A stretch of 64,000 nucleotides of DNA from positions 224,001-288,000 of the forward strand of contig CAWJEN010000005.1 in the NCBI GenBank assembly GCA_963841915.1, in the 5' to 3' direction. The translations under genes were made by a program, and so were the position numbers. Within the stretch, counting starts at the first letter, position 1. Every line of letters starts with the position of its first letter. Below the pieces are notes generated by a model. That model saw nothing but the letters and a program-made list of their open reading frames with translations, ran no database searches and had not been told where the DNA came from. Source of the DNA: an uncultured Planctomycetota bacterium (GTDB lineage Bacteria; Planctomycetota; Phycisphaerae; Tepidisphaerales; Tepidisphaeraceae). Of the stretch, positions 28,886-38,232 are shown in pieces.

Positions 28886-30084
28886 GCTGACAGGAGCAGC
28901 CGACGTGCCGCCCTTTTGAGCCGACGAAGACTCAGACGGCTCGACTCCGTGAGCCGCATTGGAAGCTGCCTTACCGCCGCGAGCCGTTCCCCCCGGCGAT
29001 CGACGTCGGTCAGCCCGTGGGCAGTGCGGTCCCACCTGCGGTGCCAGCCCATCGAAAGGTGGTCGTTGAACCGCATGGGCAGGCATGGCTCGTCCGCGAG
29101 CACTTCCCCGATCAGAGCTAGCGTATGGACGCGGAACCAAGTTGGAAACGCCGCCGAGTGTCCCGCCGGCGTCGCCGTTGCCGGAATACCCATGTGCGTG
29201 TACTGGCCGCGCTTCGCGTAGGGGTATCCGCCGTCGGGGTTCTGGAGCGCACGGATGTGCCGAAGACACCGCCGCAGGGCCAGCCTGATTTCCGCCCGGC
29301 GGTAGTCGAGCTGCTTGTACAGGTTCACGAGAATGTCCACGGCGTCGACATCCTCGCAAGCCCCACTGTTACCCCACGGGTTGAACCCGCCGTCAGGCCC
29401 TTGGATCGACAACGCCGAGTCGACGAGCCGCTCCGGATAGAGAATCGATCGATCCTCGTGGTAGTAGACCAGCAGCTGGTGGTACCCGCCGTAGAGGGCT
29501 TGATGCACGGGAGCGCCGTGCTGTGTGCCCCACAGGCCGGCCCCCGGGTCAACGCGCTCGTCGAGCCAATCGAACCAGAGCGAAAGGGCCGCGTTGGCGT
29601 GCGGGTGGCGCTCGTGGTCGCGGAGGTGAATCAGGAGGTGCCCTGCGAATAGGAGATTGTTGCCCTCTAGCCAGGCGTTGTAGACGAGGTCGCGCTCGCC
29701 GAGCCACGCCCGCAGCCGATCGAGGTCGGCGAATTGCTCAGCGGCAGCGCGCAACGGCCGGAGCGGCAGGTCCCATTGCCGGAAGACCGGCAGAATCGAG
29801 CAGGTCGAGTGCAGGACGAGGTGCTCGCGGTCGTGCGACGCGCCCGCCGCCGGCGTCCAGTCGCGTAGCTCGGGGCCGTAGATGTAGCCGTCCTCGTCCT
29901 GCCAGGAGGCGAGCAGAAGGGCGGTCGCGTCGGCGGGCGAGGTATCGTGGCCGAGGTAGTGGCGGGTGAGAAGCGCGTAGCCGGTGCCATAGCAGGTTGC
30001 GGCATCGTGATCTGGTGTCGAGGCATAGCCATCGCCGCGGGCGAGGGAGTCGACGAACTGGAGCGTCGCGCCGTGCCGGCTCAA
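28882..30084 (-). CDS. Prenyltransferase/squalene-oxidase-repeat (alpha/alpha toroid) protein
   Basis: QW-like repeats LASWQDEDG, LSIQGPDGGF, ALQNPDGGY; TTGA overlap. Confidence 0.7.
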   Translation of the reverse strand: MSRHGATLQFVDSLARGDGYASTPDHDAATCYGTGYALLTRHYLGHDTSPADATALLLASWQDEDGYIYGPELRDWTPAAGASHDREHLVLHSTCSILPVFRQWDLPLRPLRAAAEQFADLDRLRAWLGERDLVYNAWLEGNNLLFAGHLLIHLRDHERHPHANAALSLWFDWLDERVDPGAGLWGTQHGAPVHQALYGGYHQLLVYYHEDRSILYPERLVDSALSIQGPDGGFNPWGNSGACEDVDAVDILVNLYKQLDYRRAEIRLALRRCLRHIRALQNPDGGYPYAKRGQYTHMGIPATATPAGHSAAFPTWFRVHTLALIGEVLADEPCLPMRFNDHLSMGWHRRWDRTAHGLTDVDRRGERLAAVRQLPMRLTESSRLSLRRLKRAARRLLLSA

Positions 30085-31070
30085 GCGGACGCCTCGCTGC
30101 GGTGGGTGATCCGGCCGACACCGCGGCGGAGCCGGCGGACGACCCGGCGGGCTTTCTGCGTTGCAGAAGCGGCGAGTTCGGCCGAGCCGAGCCGCACAGC
30201 GCGGCCCCACTGCCGCTGGGCGACAGCGCGGGCATAGGACGTGCCGGGCCGCATCCAATAGTCGTCCCGCTCGACCGCCCGGTCGATCATCGGCCAGTCG
30301 ATTTCGCCGGTCGATTCCATTTGGTCGAGCAGGTGCTTAAGCAGCGTGTCCTCGACCGGCCGGCCGCCCTTGCTGAAGAAGTGGACAATCCGTGCTCCCT
30401 GCGCCAGCCGCGGCTCGCCGTCGATCATGGCGTTGAGGCTTGTTGAAAGCTCACGAGCTCGGACATTGACTGCCTCAATTGCGCTGTTGAGAGACGGCTG
30501 ATCGCGGTGGTCTTTCATCTCGTCAATGCATCGGACCCAGCGTTCGTGCCAATGAGCGCAAAGGACTAACGCTGCTTGCGTATCGGCCCAGAACGTTACG
30601 CCGCTGTTAAAGTACTTTCGAGTGGGATGACTCCACTCCAATGCGACGCTGATCTGCCGAGCGGCTTCCGGAAAAGCCGGCGTAGGCGATAGTCGATTGC
30701 GATCTTGGACCGCCCCGAAGTCGGCCTCGCCCAATGCGTCCGCTACCGCCGGTACCGGGCGTACCACGAGCGTATCCACGTCAAGGAACACAAACGGCCT
30801 CTGCACGCGAACCGCTAGACTCGTCTTCAAAGCGCGGCTCGCGGGCGCGCCAGCCGGACGATCTACCTCAAACGCTTCGATCCGGTCTACAAGCGGGCCA
30901 ACATCTTTCCAGATGTCCAAGTCGGACGCCGTGGCGGGATCGGTGCAGATTGACACACGGGCGTCTGGATGATGCCGCCGCAAACTCGACACTGCTAGAA
31001 GCAACATACTCTGGTAAACCTTCTCCTTGCCCGACAGGATGTATACGAAATGTTGAACGCCTGAGCTCAT
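30081..31070 (-). CDS. GT8-like nucleotide-diphospho-sugar transferase
   Basis: SRALKT, FVFLDVDT, YFNSGV, RDQPSLN. Confidence 0.8.
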   Translation of the reverse strand: MSSGVQHFVYILSGKEKVYQSMLLLAVSSLRRHHPDARVSICTDPATASDLDIWKDVGPLVDRIEAFEVDRPAGAPASRALKTSLAVRVQRPFVFLDVDTLVVRPVPAVADALGEADFGAVQDRNRLSPTPAFPEAARQISVALEWSHPTRKYFNSGVTFWADTQAALVLCAHWHERWVRCIDEMKDHRDQPSLNSAIEAVNVRARELSTSLNAMIDGEPRLAQGARIVHFFSKGGRPVEDTLLKHLLDQMESTGEIDWPMIDRAVERDDYWMRPGTSYARAVAQRQWGRAVRLGSAELAASATQKARRVVRRLRRGVGRITHRSEASA

Positions 31071-32152
31071 GCGACCCTCATCTGCTGGAGGTTGAGCTTC
31101 TTGAGGAACATGTCGACCTGTTCATATTGAGGCTGAATATGACCAGGCTCCCACTCCACCTGACCCCCCGTTTCATCAATGATTCGCCATGAACCAGGGC
31201 AACCTGCAACAGCTGCCATTGAGAATGTATACGTCACTTCTACCAATAACGGCCCTTCAGGGCCACGTAGTATATCGACGGCACAGCATCTTGATCCTAT
31301 CACTCTTGCTGCCCGAACTGCAAGTTTGATAGCGCTAAGATCGACAGCGTCCTGGTCATAGTCGATTAGTCCGCTCCCACTCGCCCGGAAATCGTTCGGC
31401 CTATTGTACCTACGAAATGCAAAGACTCGATCGCCGATGACCGTCACCCGTGTATCAAAAGCATTGGCAGGAACAAGCTCTTGAGCAATAAGGTAGCCAG
31501 CATGGACCGGCCAGTGCCAATCGCTCTCGATGGCGGCTGAGTTTTTCATCCGGTGCACGGGGTTAACTACCTGCCTCATGGACAAGGTCGCGCGTCGAAT
31601 ACGTTTTCGAAGAGGTAGCGTTTCAACATCAGACAGCTGCTGGAGACCTCGGTCAAAGAACCTGTCGGCAAAACTCTCTGCCTCCGACTTCGTTTCAACG
31701 AGCTTTACCCCAGACGAACCTGCACCTGAAGCCAGCTTGATCACGAACGGGAAAGGGTGCTCGCTGAGCCAACGGTCCAGATCAACCCGACGCGTGAACA
31801 CCCAGGTTTTCGGTGTCGGCAAGTTAAGTGCAGCGAAAAGAACGGCTTGTGATGCTTTGTCATCATAGTGCCATCTCATCGACAGGTCCGGAAACACCGG
31901 TATTGATAAACCGTGCTCCGCGACGCTGAGGACTCTCATCGCGTGCTGCATCATCCATGGCATTTGATAAAAGCGCCACATCACAGCATCCACCTCAGCT
32001 AACTGCCTACCCGCGTCTGGTGCATACAAATCGAGATCTTGATACGGTATTCCATGCTCATCGAGGCGACGCTTCCACCAGTAACTACAGGAGTCGGAAT
32101 AAGCCGGTTGACCCTCCTTAGTGTAATCGTCATGCTGTATTCCGATCAGCAT
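31067..32152 (-). CDS. RimK-like ATP-grasp protein
   Basis: YDDKASQ, PTPKTW, PFVIKLASGAGSSGV, QELVP..FDTRVTVIG, DFRASGSG, LLVEV. Confidence 0.85.
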   Translation of the reverse strand: MLIGIQHDDYTKEGQPAYSDSCSYWWKRRLDEHGIPYQDLDLYAPDAGRQLAEVDAVMWRFYQMPWMMQHAMRVLSVAEHGLSIPVFPDLSMRWHYDDKASQAVLFAALNLPTPKTWVFTRRVDLDRWLSEHPFPFVIKLASGAGSSGVKLVETKSEAESFADRFFDRGLQQLSDVETLPLRKRIRRATLSMRQVVNPVHRMKNSAAIESDWHWPVHAGYLIAQELVPANAFDTRVTVIGDRVFAFRRYNRPNDFRASGSGLIDYDQDAVDLSAIKLAVRAARVIGSRCCAVDILRGPEGPLLVEVTYTFSMAAVAGCPGSWRIIDETGGQVEWEPGHIQPQYEQVDMFLKKLNLQQMRVA

Positions 32153-33396
32153 CGTGTCTCCTCGTGAGACCAGAGTCCGGGGCAAATGAACATGCCCAAG
32201 CTTCGACGCATTTCGCGACTGCGCGTGTCGAACGTCATAACGACGGCATCTCCAATCCTGTCGTGCACCAGATTCAGCTCATCGTTGAGCCGAGCTGTCA
32301 ACGTGTAATCACCATCTCTGAGCCGCACATCTCGTACAGTGACGCAGATTTCGTGAAGCCCGTGCTTCAGGCGAAGCGGGAACTCTTCATCGTCATTGCA
32401 TTGATGAATGACGACATTTCCAAGTCGATCTCTCATGCTGAAACTTAACAGAGCTGAACGATCTGCGTCGGAGTATACCATCGCGGAGAAATGAAGATCA
32501 TCTCCACTACTGAAAGTACCTCCGCTCCGTCGAGGAGGTTTGACCGCAAGGCGCTGGATCCTCATCGGGCCGTTGCCGCTCCGCTCCCAGCCTTGATCAT
32601 CCGATAGATCCGCTTCCAAGGTCAGGTCCGCGGGCTTGAGATACACTGCGACCATTTCTCGCGACGGTCCAACATCCTTGAGATGTCCTTCGCCTAGAAC
32701 AGCAACACGTGTACAAAGTTCAGCCACTGCCGCCATGTTGTGACTAACGAACAGGACGGTTCGCCCCTCCCCGGCCACATCCTTCATCTTTCCCAAGCAT
32801 TTCCTTTGGAATGCAGCGTCGCCAACTGCCAAGACCTCGTCCACGATTAAGACCTCCGGCTCCAGGTGGGCCGCGACCGCGAAGGCCAGCCGCGTGTACA
32901 TGCCGCTGCTGTACTGCTTTACCGGCGTGTCGAGGAACTTCTCGACCTCGCTGAAGGCGACGATCTCGTCGAACTTGCCGCGGATCTCGGCCTGGCTCAT
33001 GCCGAGGATCGCGCCGTTCATGAAGATGTTCTCGCGGCCGGTCAGTTCCGGGTGGAAACCGGTCCCGACCTCGAGCAGGCTGCCGACGCGGCCCTTCACC
33101 ATGATCTCGCCGGTCGTCGGTTCGGTGATCCGGCTGAGGATTTTGAGCAGCGTGCTCTTGCCCGCGCCATTGCGGCCGATGATGCCGACCACCTCGCCTC
33201 GCTTGACCTCGAAGCCGACGTCCTTGAGGGCCCAGAAGCTGTTCTCCTCGGTCATCGGGCCCTTCGGCCGAAGGGCCGACAAAGGGTTCTTGGCGAGGCC
33301 GACGAGGCTCTCGCGGAGGTTGCCATAGGGCTTCTTCTCGGTGCCGATGCGGTACCGCTTGCCGACGCCGTCAATCCGTATTGCGATGTCGCTCAA
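32146..33396 (-). CDS. wzt: Polysaccharide ABC transporter ATP-binding protein with C-terminal carbohydrate-binding domain
   Basis: FWALKDV, GRNGAGKSTLLK, YSSGM..RLAF, LIVDEVLAVGD, VSHN; TTGA overlap. Confidence 0.95.
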   Translation of the reverse strand: MSDIAIRIDGVGKRYRIGTEKKPYGNLRESLVGLAKNPLSALRPKGPMTEENSFWALKDVGFEVKRGEVVGIIGRNGAGKSTLLKILSRITEPTTGEIMVKGRVGSLLEVGTGFHPELTGRENIFMNGAILGMSQAEIRGKFDEIVAFSEVEKFLDTPVKQYSSGMYTRLAFAVAAHLEPEVLIVDEVLAVGDAAFQRKCLGKMKDVAGEGRTVLFVSHNMAAVAELCTRVAVLGEGHLKDVGPSREMVAVYLKPADLTLEADLSDDQGWERSGNGPMRIQRLAVKPPRRSGGTFSSGDDLHFSAMVYSDADRSALLSFSMRDRLGNVVIHQCNDDEEFPLRLKHGLHEICVTVRDVRLRDGDYTLTARLNDELNLVHDRIGDAVVMTFDTRSREMRRSLGMFICPGLWSHEETRC

Positions 33397-34809
33397 GCTT
33401 CGGGACCTACGTAGGCGGTGGTGCCTTCGGAGCGAATGCGGCTCGTCTCGGCGGGGTGCGAGTTGGCGGAAGGCACCGGGAGGAACAACGGGATGACCGC
33501 GAGCGCGAGGAGTGCCCACGTCGGGTGCGCCATGACGAAGAACTGGAAGAGCGCGTTCGACGCGACGCCGTTCGGGATGATGTTCCGCTCCGCCGCCTGG
33601 ATAAGTATTTCTGCCCAAGGGGCGACGAGGAAGACGGACAGCGGCAGAAGCAGGAGGAGCCCGGTCCGCCAGCTGTCGCGGCTTGCCAGCTTGGCGATGC
33701 CAACGGCGAGGGCCGGCAGCAAGATGACCGCGTCGTACGGGCGGTGGTACACGGCGAGCAGGGTCATCGCAAGCAGCGGGGTCATCAGGAGAGCCTCGTC
33801 CGTCGCGACCTGGCCGGGAGCAGTCCGCCAGACTCGCCGCACCCATAGCACCAGCACCGGAACGAGCAGGACGATTGCGACGCCCTTGGCCCAATGCCCT
33901 TCGATGAAGAAGCGGATGAGGGTGTCGAGGTGGAGCTTGCCAAACTGCGATGCGGCGCCAGCCCCAACTCGAAGATCCGGCATAGAGGCTACTTCGCTCG
34001 AAACGCCCTCAGGCCAGTTTGGGTTGAGCGTCAGTAACTGGAAGGCGACAATCGATCCGAAGATGAGTGGGACGGCGAGGCTGATCGACAGCGTGGTCCA
34101 GCGTCGGCTTGCCGCGAAGAAGAGGCAGAGCGGCAACCCAATCTGCGGCTTGATCGCCGTTGCGACGCCGACGAGCAGGCCGGCGAGAAGGTGCCGCGAA
34201 CGGCGTGCGCCAAGTGAAGCCGCGAGACCAGCAACCGCAAGCGAGCCGGCGAGCATCCCGGGGTTGCCGACGGCGAGGCCGGTATGTGCCGGCGCGAAAC
34301 CCAAGATGGCGGCGGCCGCCAGGAGAAGCGGAATGGGTCGACGACGCAGCCCGATCGTAAGCGCAACGGTCGCCCCTCCCACAAGATAGGCGATGGCAAG
34401 GCACGCCACCCAGAGGCCCTTGGACCAGTTCCAATCGAGTGCGCCGAAGGGAGCGAAAAATGGCAGCGCGCTCGGCGGATAGACGAGATGCATCAACGGC
34501 CGGTCTGCGTTGGGTGCGGCGCCGGAACAGGGGCTCGACGATCTCGCGGTTGTAGGGGTCTACCTGCTGAATCCACGACCGAGACATCGCATAAGGAGCG
34601 GTGAAATCGACCGGGGTCCCGCTGAAGCCTCGGGCGAGGCCTCGCGTGCAGAACAGGCCGCCCGCCAGGAGCAGGAGGATCAGCAGGGCGACACGTAGCC
34701 AGATGGGCTCTCCCGCGGGCCTGAGCTGAGCCGAAGGACTCGATGGTGCACGATCCCGCGGCCGACTCGCGGCCGAAGTGGGTCCGGTTAGTTCGCCGCT
34801 TGGAGGCAT
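33393..34809 (-). CDS. GT87/DUF2029-like GT-C membrane glycosyltransferase, frameshift ~34521
   Basis: DF..PY..SR......DPY and LVYPP motifs lie in different frames; IKPQIG, YHRPYD; multi-TM. Confidence 0.8.
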
Positions 34810-35768
34810 CAGACGACGTCGGCGAAGGTCCGCTCAACACGACGGAAGTAGAACAGGCCGCCCGCGAGCAGGAGGCTGGTCGAGACGAATCCCGAGACCC
34901 ACAGGACCGGCGTCGCCGGCGTGCCGAGCAGGGACCAGCGGAAGAACTCGATCGGGGCGGCGATCGGCAGCAGGCCGTAGACCGCCTGCCACACGGGCGA
35001 CGAGATGGACTCGCTCACCGACCAAAAGACCGGAGCGGCGAAGATCAGGAACTTCGTGATGAACGGCAGGACGTACCGCACGTCCCGGTACTCCACGTTC
35101 AGGGCCGACAGCCAGAGCGAGATGCTCATGGAGGCGGCGAAGGTCCAGACGATCGCCAGCGGGAGCAGGACGACCTGGATCGGCGGGAGGTGCGGAACGA
35201 TGTTCTGCCGCCACGCGGGCGCGTCCTCCGGCGGGTGGCCGCCCAGGGCGAAAAAGGCGACCGGCAGGGCGAGCATGATGATCGCGACGAGCGCCAGCTG
35301 CACGAGGAAGTCGACCACCGTGACCATCGCCGCGCTCACCGGCAGGATCAGGCGGGGGAAGTAAATCTTCTTCACCATGTTCTGCGCTGCGACGAGCGAG
35401 CCGCTCGCTTGCTGCAGGCCGGTGTCGAACATCTGCCACGGGAGCTGGCTCGCCAGGAAGAACAGGAACGCGGGTTTAAAGTCGACGGCGCCGGCGAAGA
35501 GCAGGCTCCCGACGATCGTGAAGGCGAGCGGCTGGATGATCGCCCAGGCGAAGCCGAGGACCGTCTGCTTGTAGCGTACCTTGATGTTGCGCGACGCGAG
35601 CACCCAGAAAAGCTCTCGCGATTGCCATAGTTCTTTCCAGTCGACGGCCCGCCAGCCGGAGGAAGGGCGGATCCACGTGATCGGCGGCTCGACGGTGGGG
35701 GTTGCCGCGTCGCGGGACGTCTCGCGGTCGTCGGTGGGGGCGAGCAGGCTGGGGGCGTCGGTCGACAT
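34809..35768 (-). CDS. wzm: Polysaccharide ABC transporter permease
   Basis: ELWQSREL, RNIKVRYKQTVLGFAWAIIQP, KIYFPR, LSALNVEYRDVRY, FRRVERTFADVV. Confidence 0.95.
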   Translation of the reverse strand: MSTDAPSLLAPTDDRETSRDAATPTVEPPITWIRPSSGWRAVDWKELWQSRELFWVLASRNIKVRYKQTVLGFAWAIIQPLAFTIVGSLLFAGAVDFKPAFLFFLASQLPWQMFDTGLQQASGSLVAAQNMVKKIYFPRLILPVSAAMVTVVDFLVQLALVAIIMLALPVAFFALGGHPPEDAPAWRQNIVPHLPPIQVVLLPLAIVWTFAASMSISLWLSALNVEYRDVRYVLPFITKFLIFAAPVFWSVSESISSPVWQAVYGLLPIAAPIEFFRWSLLGTPATPVLWVSGFVSTSLLLAGGLFYFRRVERTFADVV

Positions 35769-35904
35769 GCCTAGAGGGTCGGGCGGCGGCGGCAACGTTG
35801 CGTTGGAGCGTCAATCGTCGTCAGCAAGACGGGGCGACCTCGATGTCGCCTGGGCGACGAGCGTTGCAGTGCGGGAAGAGGCGTCAACCTCTCGGTGCGG
35901 GACG

Positions 35905-36134
35905 CAATGTTCACGTTCTGTATGAGAACGTGCAGATTCTGTTCCGTTTTAATCCGTCCTGAAGCGGAACGTGCACGTTGCGAGGCAGAACGTGACGGTT
36001 CCGTCGCGGAACCCGCACGTTCCGCCGTGGAACGTGCAGGTTCCGGACCACAGTCATCACGTTCCCGCGTAGAACCTGCACGCTGAGGAGCGAAACCTGC
36101 ACGGTTTGGAACGAAAACGCGCGGTTCCGTGATG
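35905..36134. repeat. Degenerate 21-bp-period array, ~10 units: palindromic 14-bp core GAACGTGCACGTTC + 7 variable bp
   Basis: Units at 35905, 35926, then 35967, 35988, 36009, 36030, 36051, 36072, 36093, 36114; one 20-bp interruption at 35947-35966. Confidence 0.85.
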
Positions 36135-36210
36135 CATCGCAACATATCAGCTGCGCCAAGCCGCTTTTTCTCGGGCGTGACCGAACGATCGTCCAAAAGC
36201 GGACTCGTGC

Positions 36211-36238
36211 TCAGAAAAACCTTTGTTGTGGCCGACAT
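36211..36238 (+). promoter_or_regulatory. Degenerate sigma28-like promoter
   Basis: TCAGA-N15-GCCGACAT, same spacing and similar distance to gene as 1757-1784. Confidence 0.4.
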
Positions 36239-36345
36239 CAGGAGCATGGCTGCGGTAGCGGGCGACGTTCGCCCCTGTCGAGTTCTACCGACGGCCGACG
36301 CGGGGCGTTCCCGCGACGTACCTCACCCCATGACGGAACCCTCCG

Positions 36346-37044
36346 ATAAATCTCTCCTCCATCTTCAACCATGACAGCGACTTGCTCGCCCGGTCGGCAG
36401 TCTTCGCCGCCAAGATCAGCGCGACCGGTGCGGCCGGCAACTACGGGCTGAGCGATCAGCAGGCAACGGAATATCAGACCACCTAGACCCGTTTCGCCGA
36501 TGCGATGCGGGCCGTGGCCGACCGGGACAACCGGACCCGGACCGACACGATCGTCAAGAACGACGCCCGTTACCACCTCGTCAACGCCAGCCGGAGCCTG
36601 ATCGCCGTGTGTGAGGCGTGGCCCCAGATGACCGACGCGAAGCGGAGCGAGCTCAACCTCCCGATCCGCGATCGGGAGCCGACCCCGCAGACGCGGCTGA
36701 CGGTCGCGCCATTCATCGACATCCTGAGCCAGAACGGGCTGTCGGTCAAGGTCGGCCTGCGCGACGCGGCCGCGTCGACCCGACGTCGCCGCCCGGCGGG
36801 CGCGATCGGGGCGACGATCCTGACGCACGTCGGCGAGACGGCGCCGGCCACGATCGAGGGCTGGACCTTTCAGGGCAACACGAGCAAGACGACGGTCGAC
36901 ATCACGTTCCCGCCGATGACGCCGCGTGGGGCGAAGGTCTGGATCGTCGCGACGTGGTTTAGTCGGACGTCGATGAGCTCGCCTCCCAGCCGTCCGCTCT
37001 TCACGTACCTCTCCGGGGCCGACGGGCTCGCGCAGGCGGCCTGA
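36346..37044 (+). pseudogene. Helical + beta-sandwich hypothetical gene with in-frame TAG and apparently lost start
   Basis: Frame of ORF 36505 extends upstream as INLSSIFNHDSDLLARSAVFAAKISATGAAGNYGLSDQQATEYQTT*TRFADAM; TAG 36484-36486; ATA 36346 follows GGA; ends LAQAA. Confidence 0.7.
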
Positions 37045-37143
37045 CCCCGTCACCCGGTCATCTGACCGCAGGACCCGGAGGTGGCGATTCTCGCCATCGG
37101 CCGTGTTCTGCGTGGTCGGCTGGCCCTTTACCCAGGAGACATC

Positions 37144-38232
37144 ATGACGGATCTCACCGTGTACGACGCCGGGCGGCCTGCTGCGTCGCTGATCGAGCGA
37201 CAAGTGCCCGCCGCCCTGCCGCTGCCGACGGAGGCGGGCGGCGTGACGATTCGCGAGGCGACGGCAGGCGACCTGCCGTTCGTCGATCGCTTGCAGAAAC
37301 AATGCTCCAAGGCGCTGGGCTTCCTGATGCTGCCCGTGCTGGAGGCGAAGGTGCGGGCGGGCGAGATCGTCGTCGCGCTCGATCCCGCGGGCGAGCCCGT
37401 CGGCTACTGCATCTCCAGCGACCGCTACTACAAGCGGGAGGACGTCGGCGTCATCTACCAGGTCAACGTCGTGCCGGGCCGGCAGCGCGGCCTCGTCGGG
37501 GCGGCGATGGTCCGCGGCGTTTTCGAGCGTTGGCCGTACGGTGTGCGGCTGGCGTGTTGCTGGTGTGCGCAGGATCTGGCGGCCAATCGGTTCTGGGAGT
37601 CGCTGGGCTTTGTGCCGATCGCCTATCGCGGCGGCAGTCGATCGAAGCAGCGGGTGCATGTGTTCTGGCAGCGTCGCGTGCGAGCGGTCGACGCCGGTGG
37701 GGGGTGCGACTGGTGGTACCCGAGCCAGACGATGGGCGGGATGATGGGCGAGGGGCGGCTGGTGCTGCCGATCCCGCCGGGCACGCATTGGAGCGGGTTC
37801 GAGCCGATCGTGCTGCCGGAGATGGAGACCGAACCGCCCGCCCTGCCGCCGGCGACGAAACAGCCACGGAAGAAGGCAACCCAGGCGAAGGTGCCGACGA
37901 TCGATCCCGGCAACATCAGCTCCGGCGGCTTCCGCTTCGAAGCCACTCCCCCCACGCCCCCCACTCCTCCAACTCCCCCCATCCTAGGAAGCGAGGCTGT
38001 GGCCAAGCCCAGGCGGGCCAAGGCGCCACGGCCGAAGCTTGACCCGGCGCTGGTTCGGAAGGTGCGTGAGCTTCGCGATCACTATCTGGAGCACGTCAAT
38101 GCCAAAGAACTGCTGTGCCCGATGGGCAAGTACGACATCGCCAGGTCGCTGGCGGGATCGACGGCGGATGCGGCGGCACTGCCGTCACTGAAGATCGAGT
38201 CGCACGTCGTGCCGCGGCTCGAGGCGGCTTGA
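37144..38232 (+). CDS. GNAT-fold acetyltransferase with Pro/Lys-rich C-terminal extension
   Basis: AGGAG RBS before ATG 37144; IREAT..DL, VGYC, QVNVVPGRQRGLVGAAM, ANRFWESLGF. Confidence 0.75.
   Translation: MTDLTVYDAGRPAASLIERQVPAALPLPTEAGGVTIREATAGDLPFVDRLQKQCSKALGFLMLPVLEAKVRAGEIVVALDPAGEPVGYCISSDRYYKREDVGVIYQVNVVPGRQRGLVGAAMVRGVFERWPYGVRLACCWCAQDLAANRFWESLGFVPIAYRGGSRSKQRVHVFWQRRVRAVDAGGGCDWWYPSQTMGGMMGEGRLVLPIPPGTHWSGFEPIVLPEMETEPPALPPATKQPRKKATQAKVPTIDPGNISSGGFRFEATPPTPPTPPTPPILGSEAVAKPRRAKAPRPKLDPALVRKVRELRDHYLEHVNAKELLCPMGKYDIARSLAGSTADAAALPSLKIESHVVPRLEAA

Noticed and set aside
35967..36050. Canonical LexA boxes
   Set aside because: Spacing is GAAC-N6-GTTC, not the Gram-positive GAAC-N4-GTTC, and the motif is absent upstream of imuA
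36484..36486. Pyrrolysine or amber recoding
   Set aside because: TAG is used as a normal stop in this window (e.g. 961, 46398), no pyl genes are seen, and the gene also appears to lack its start
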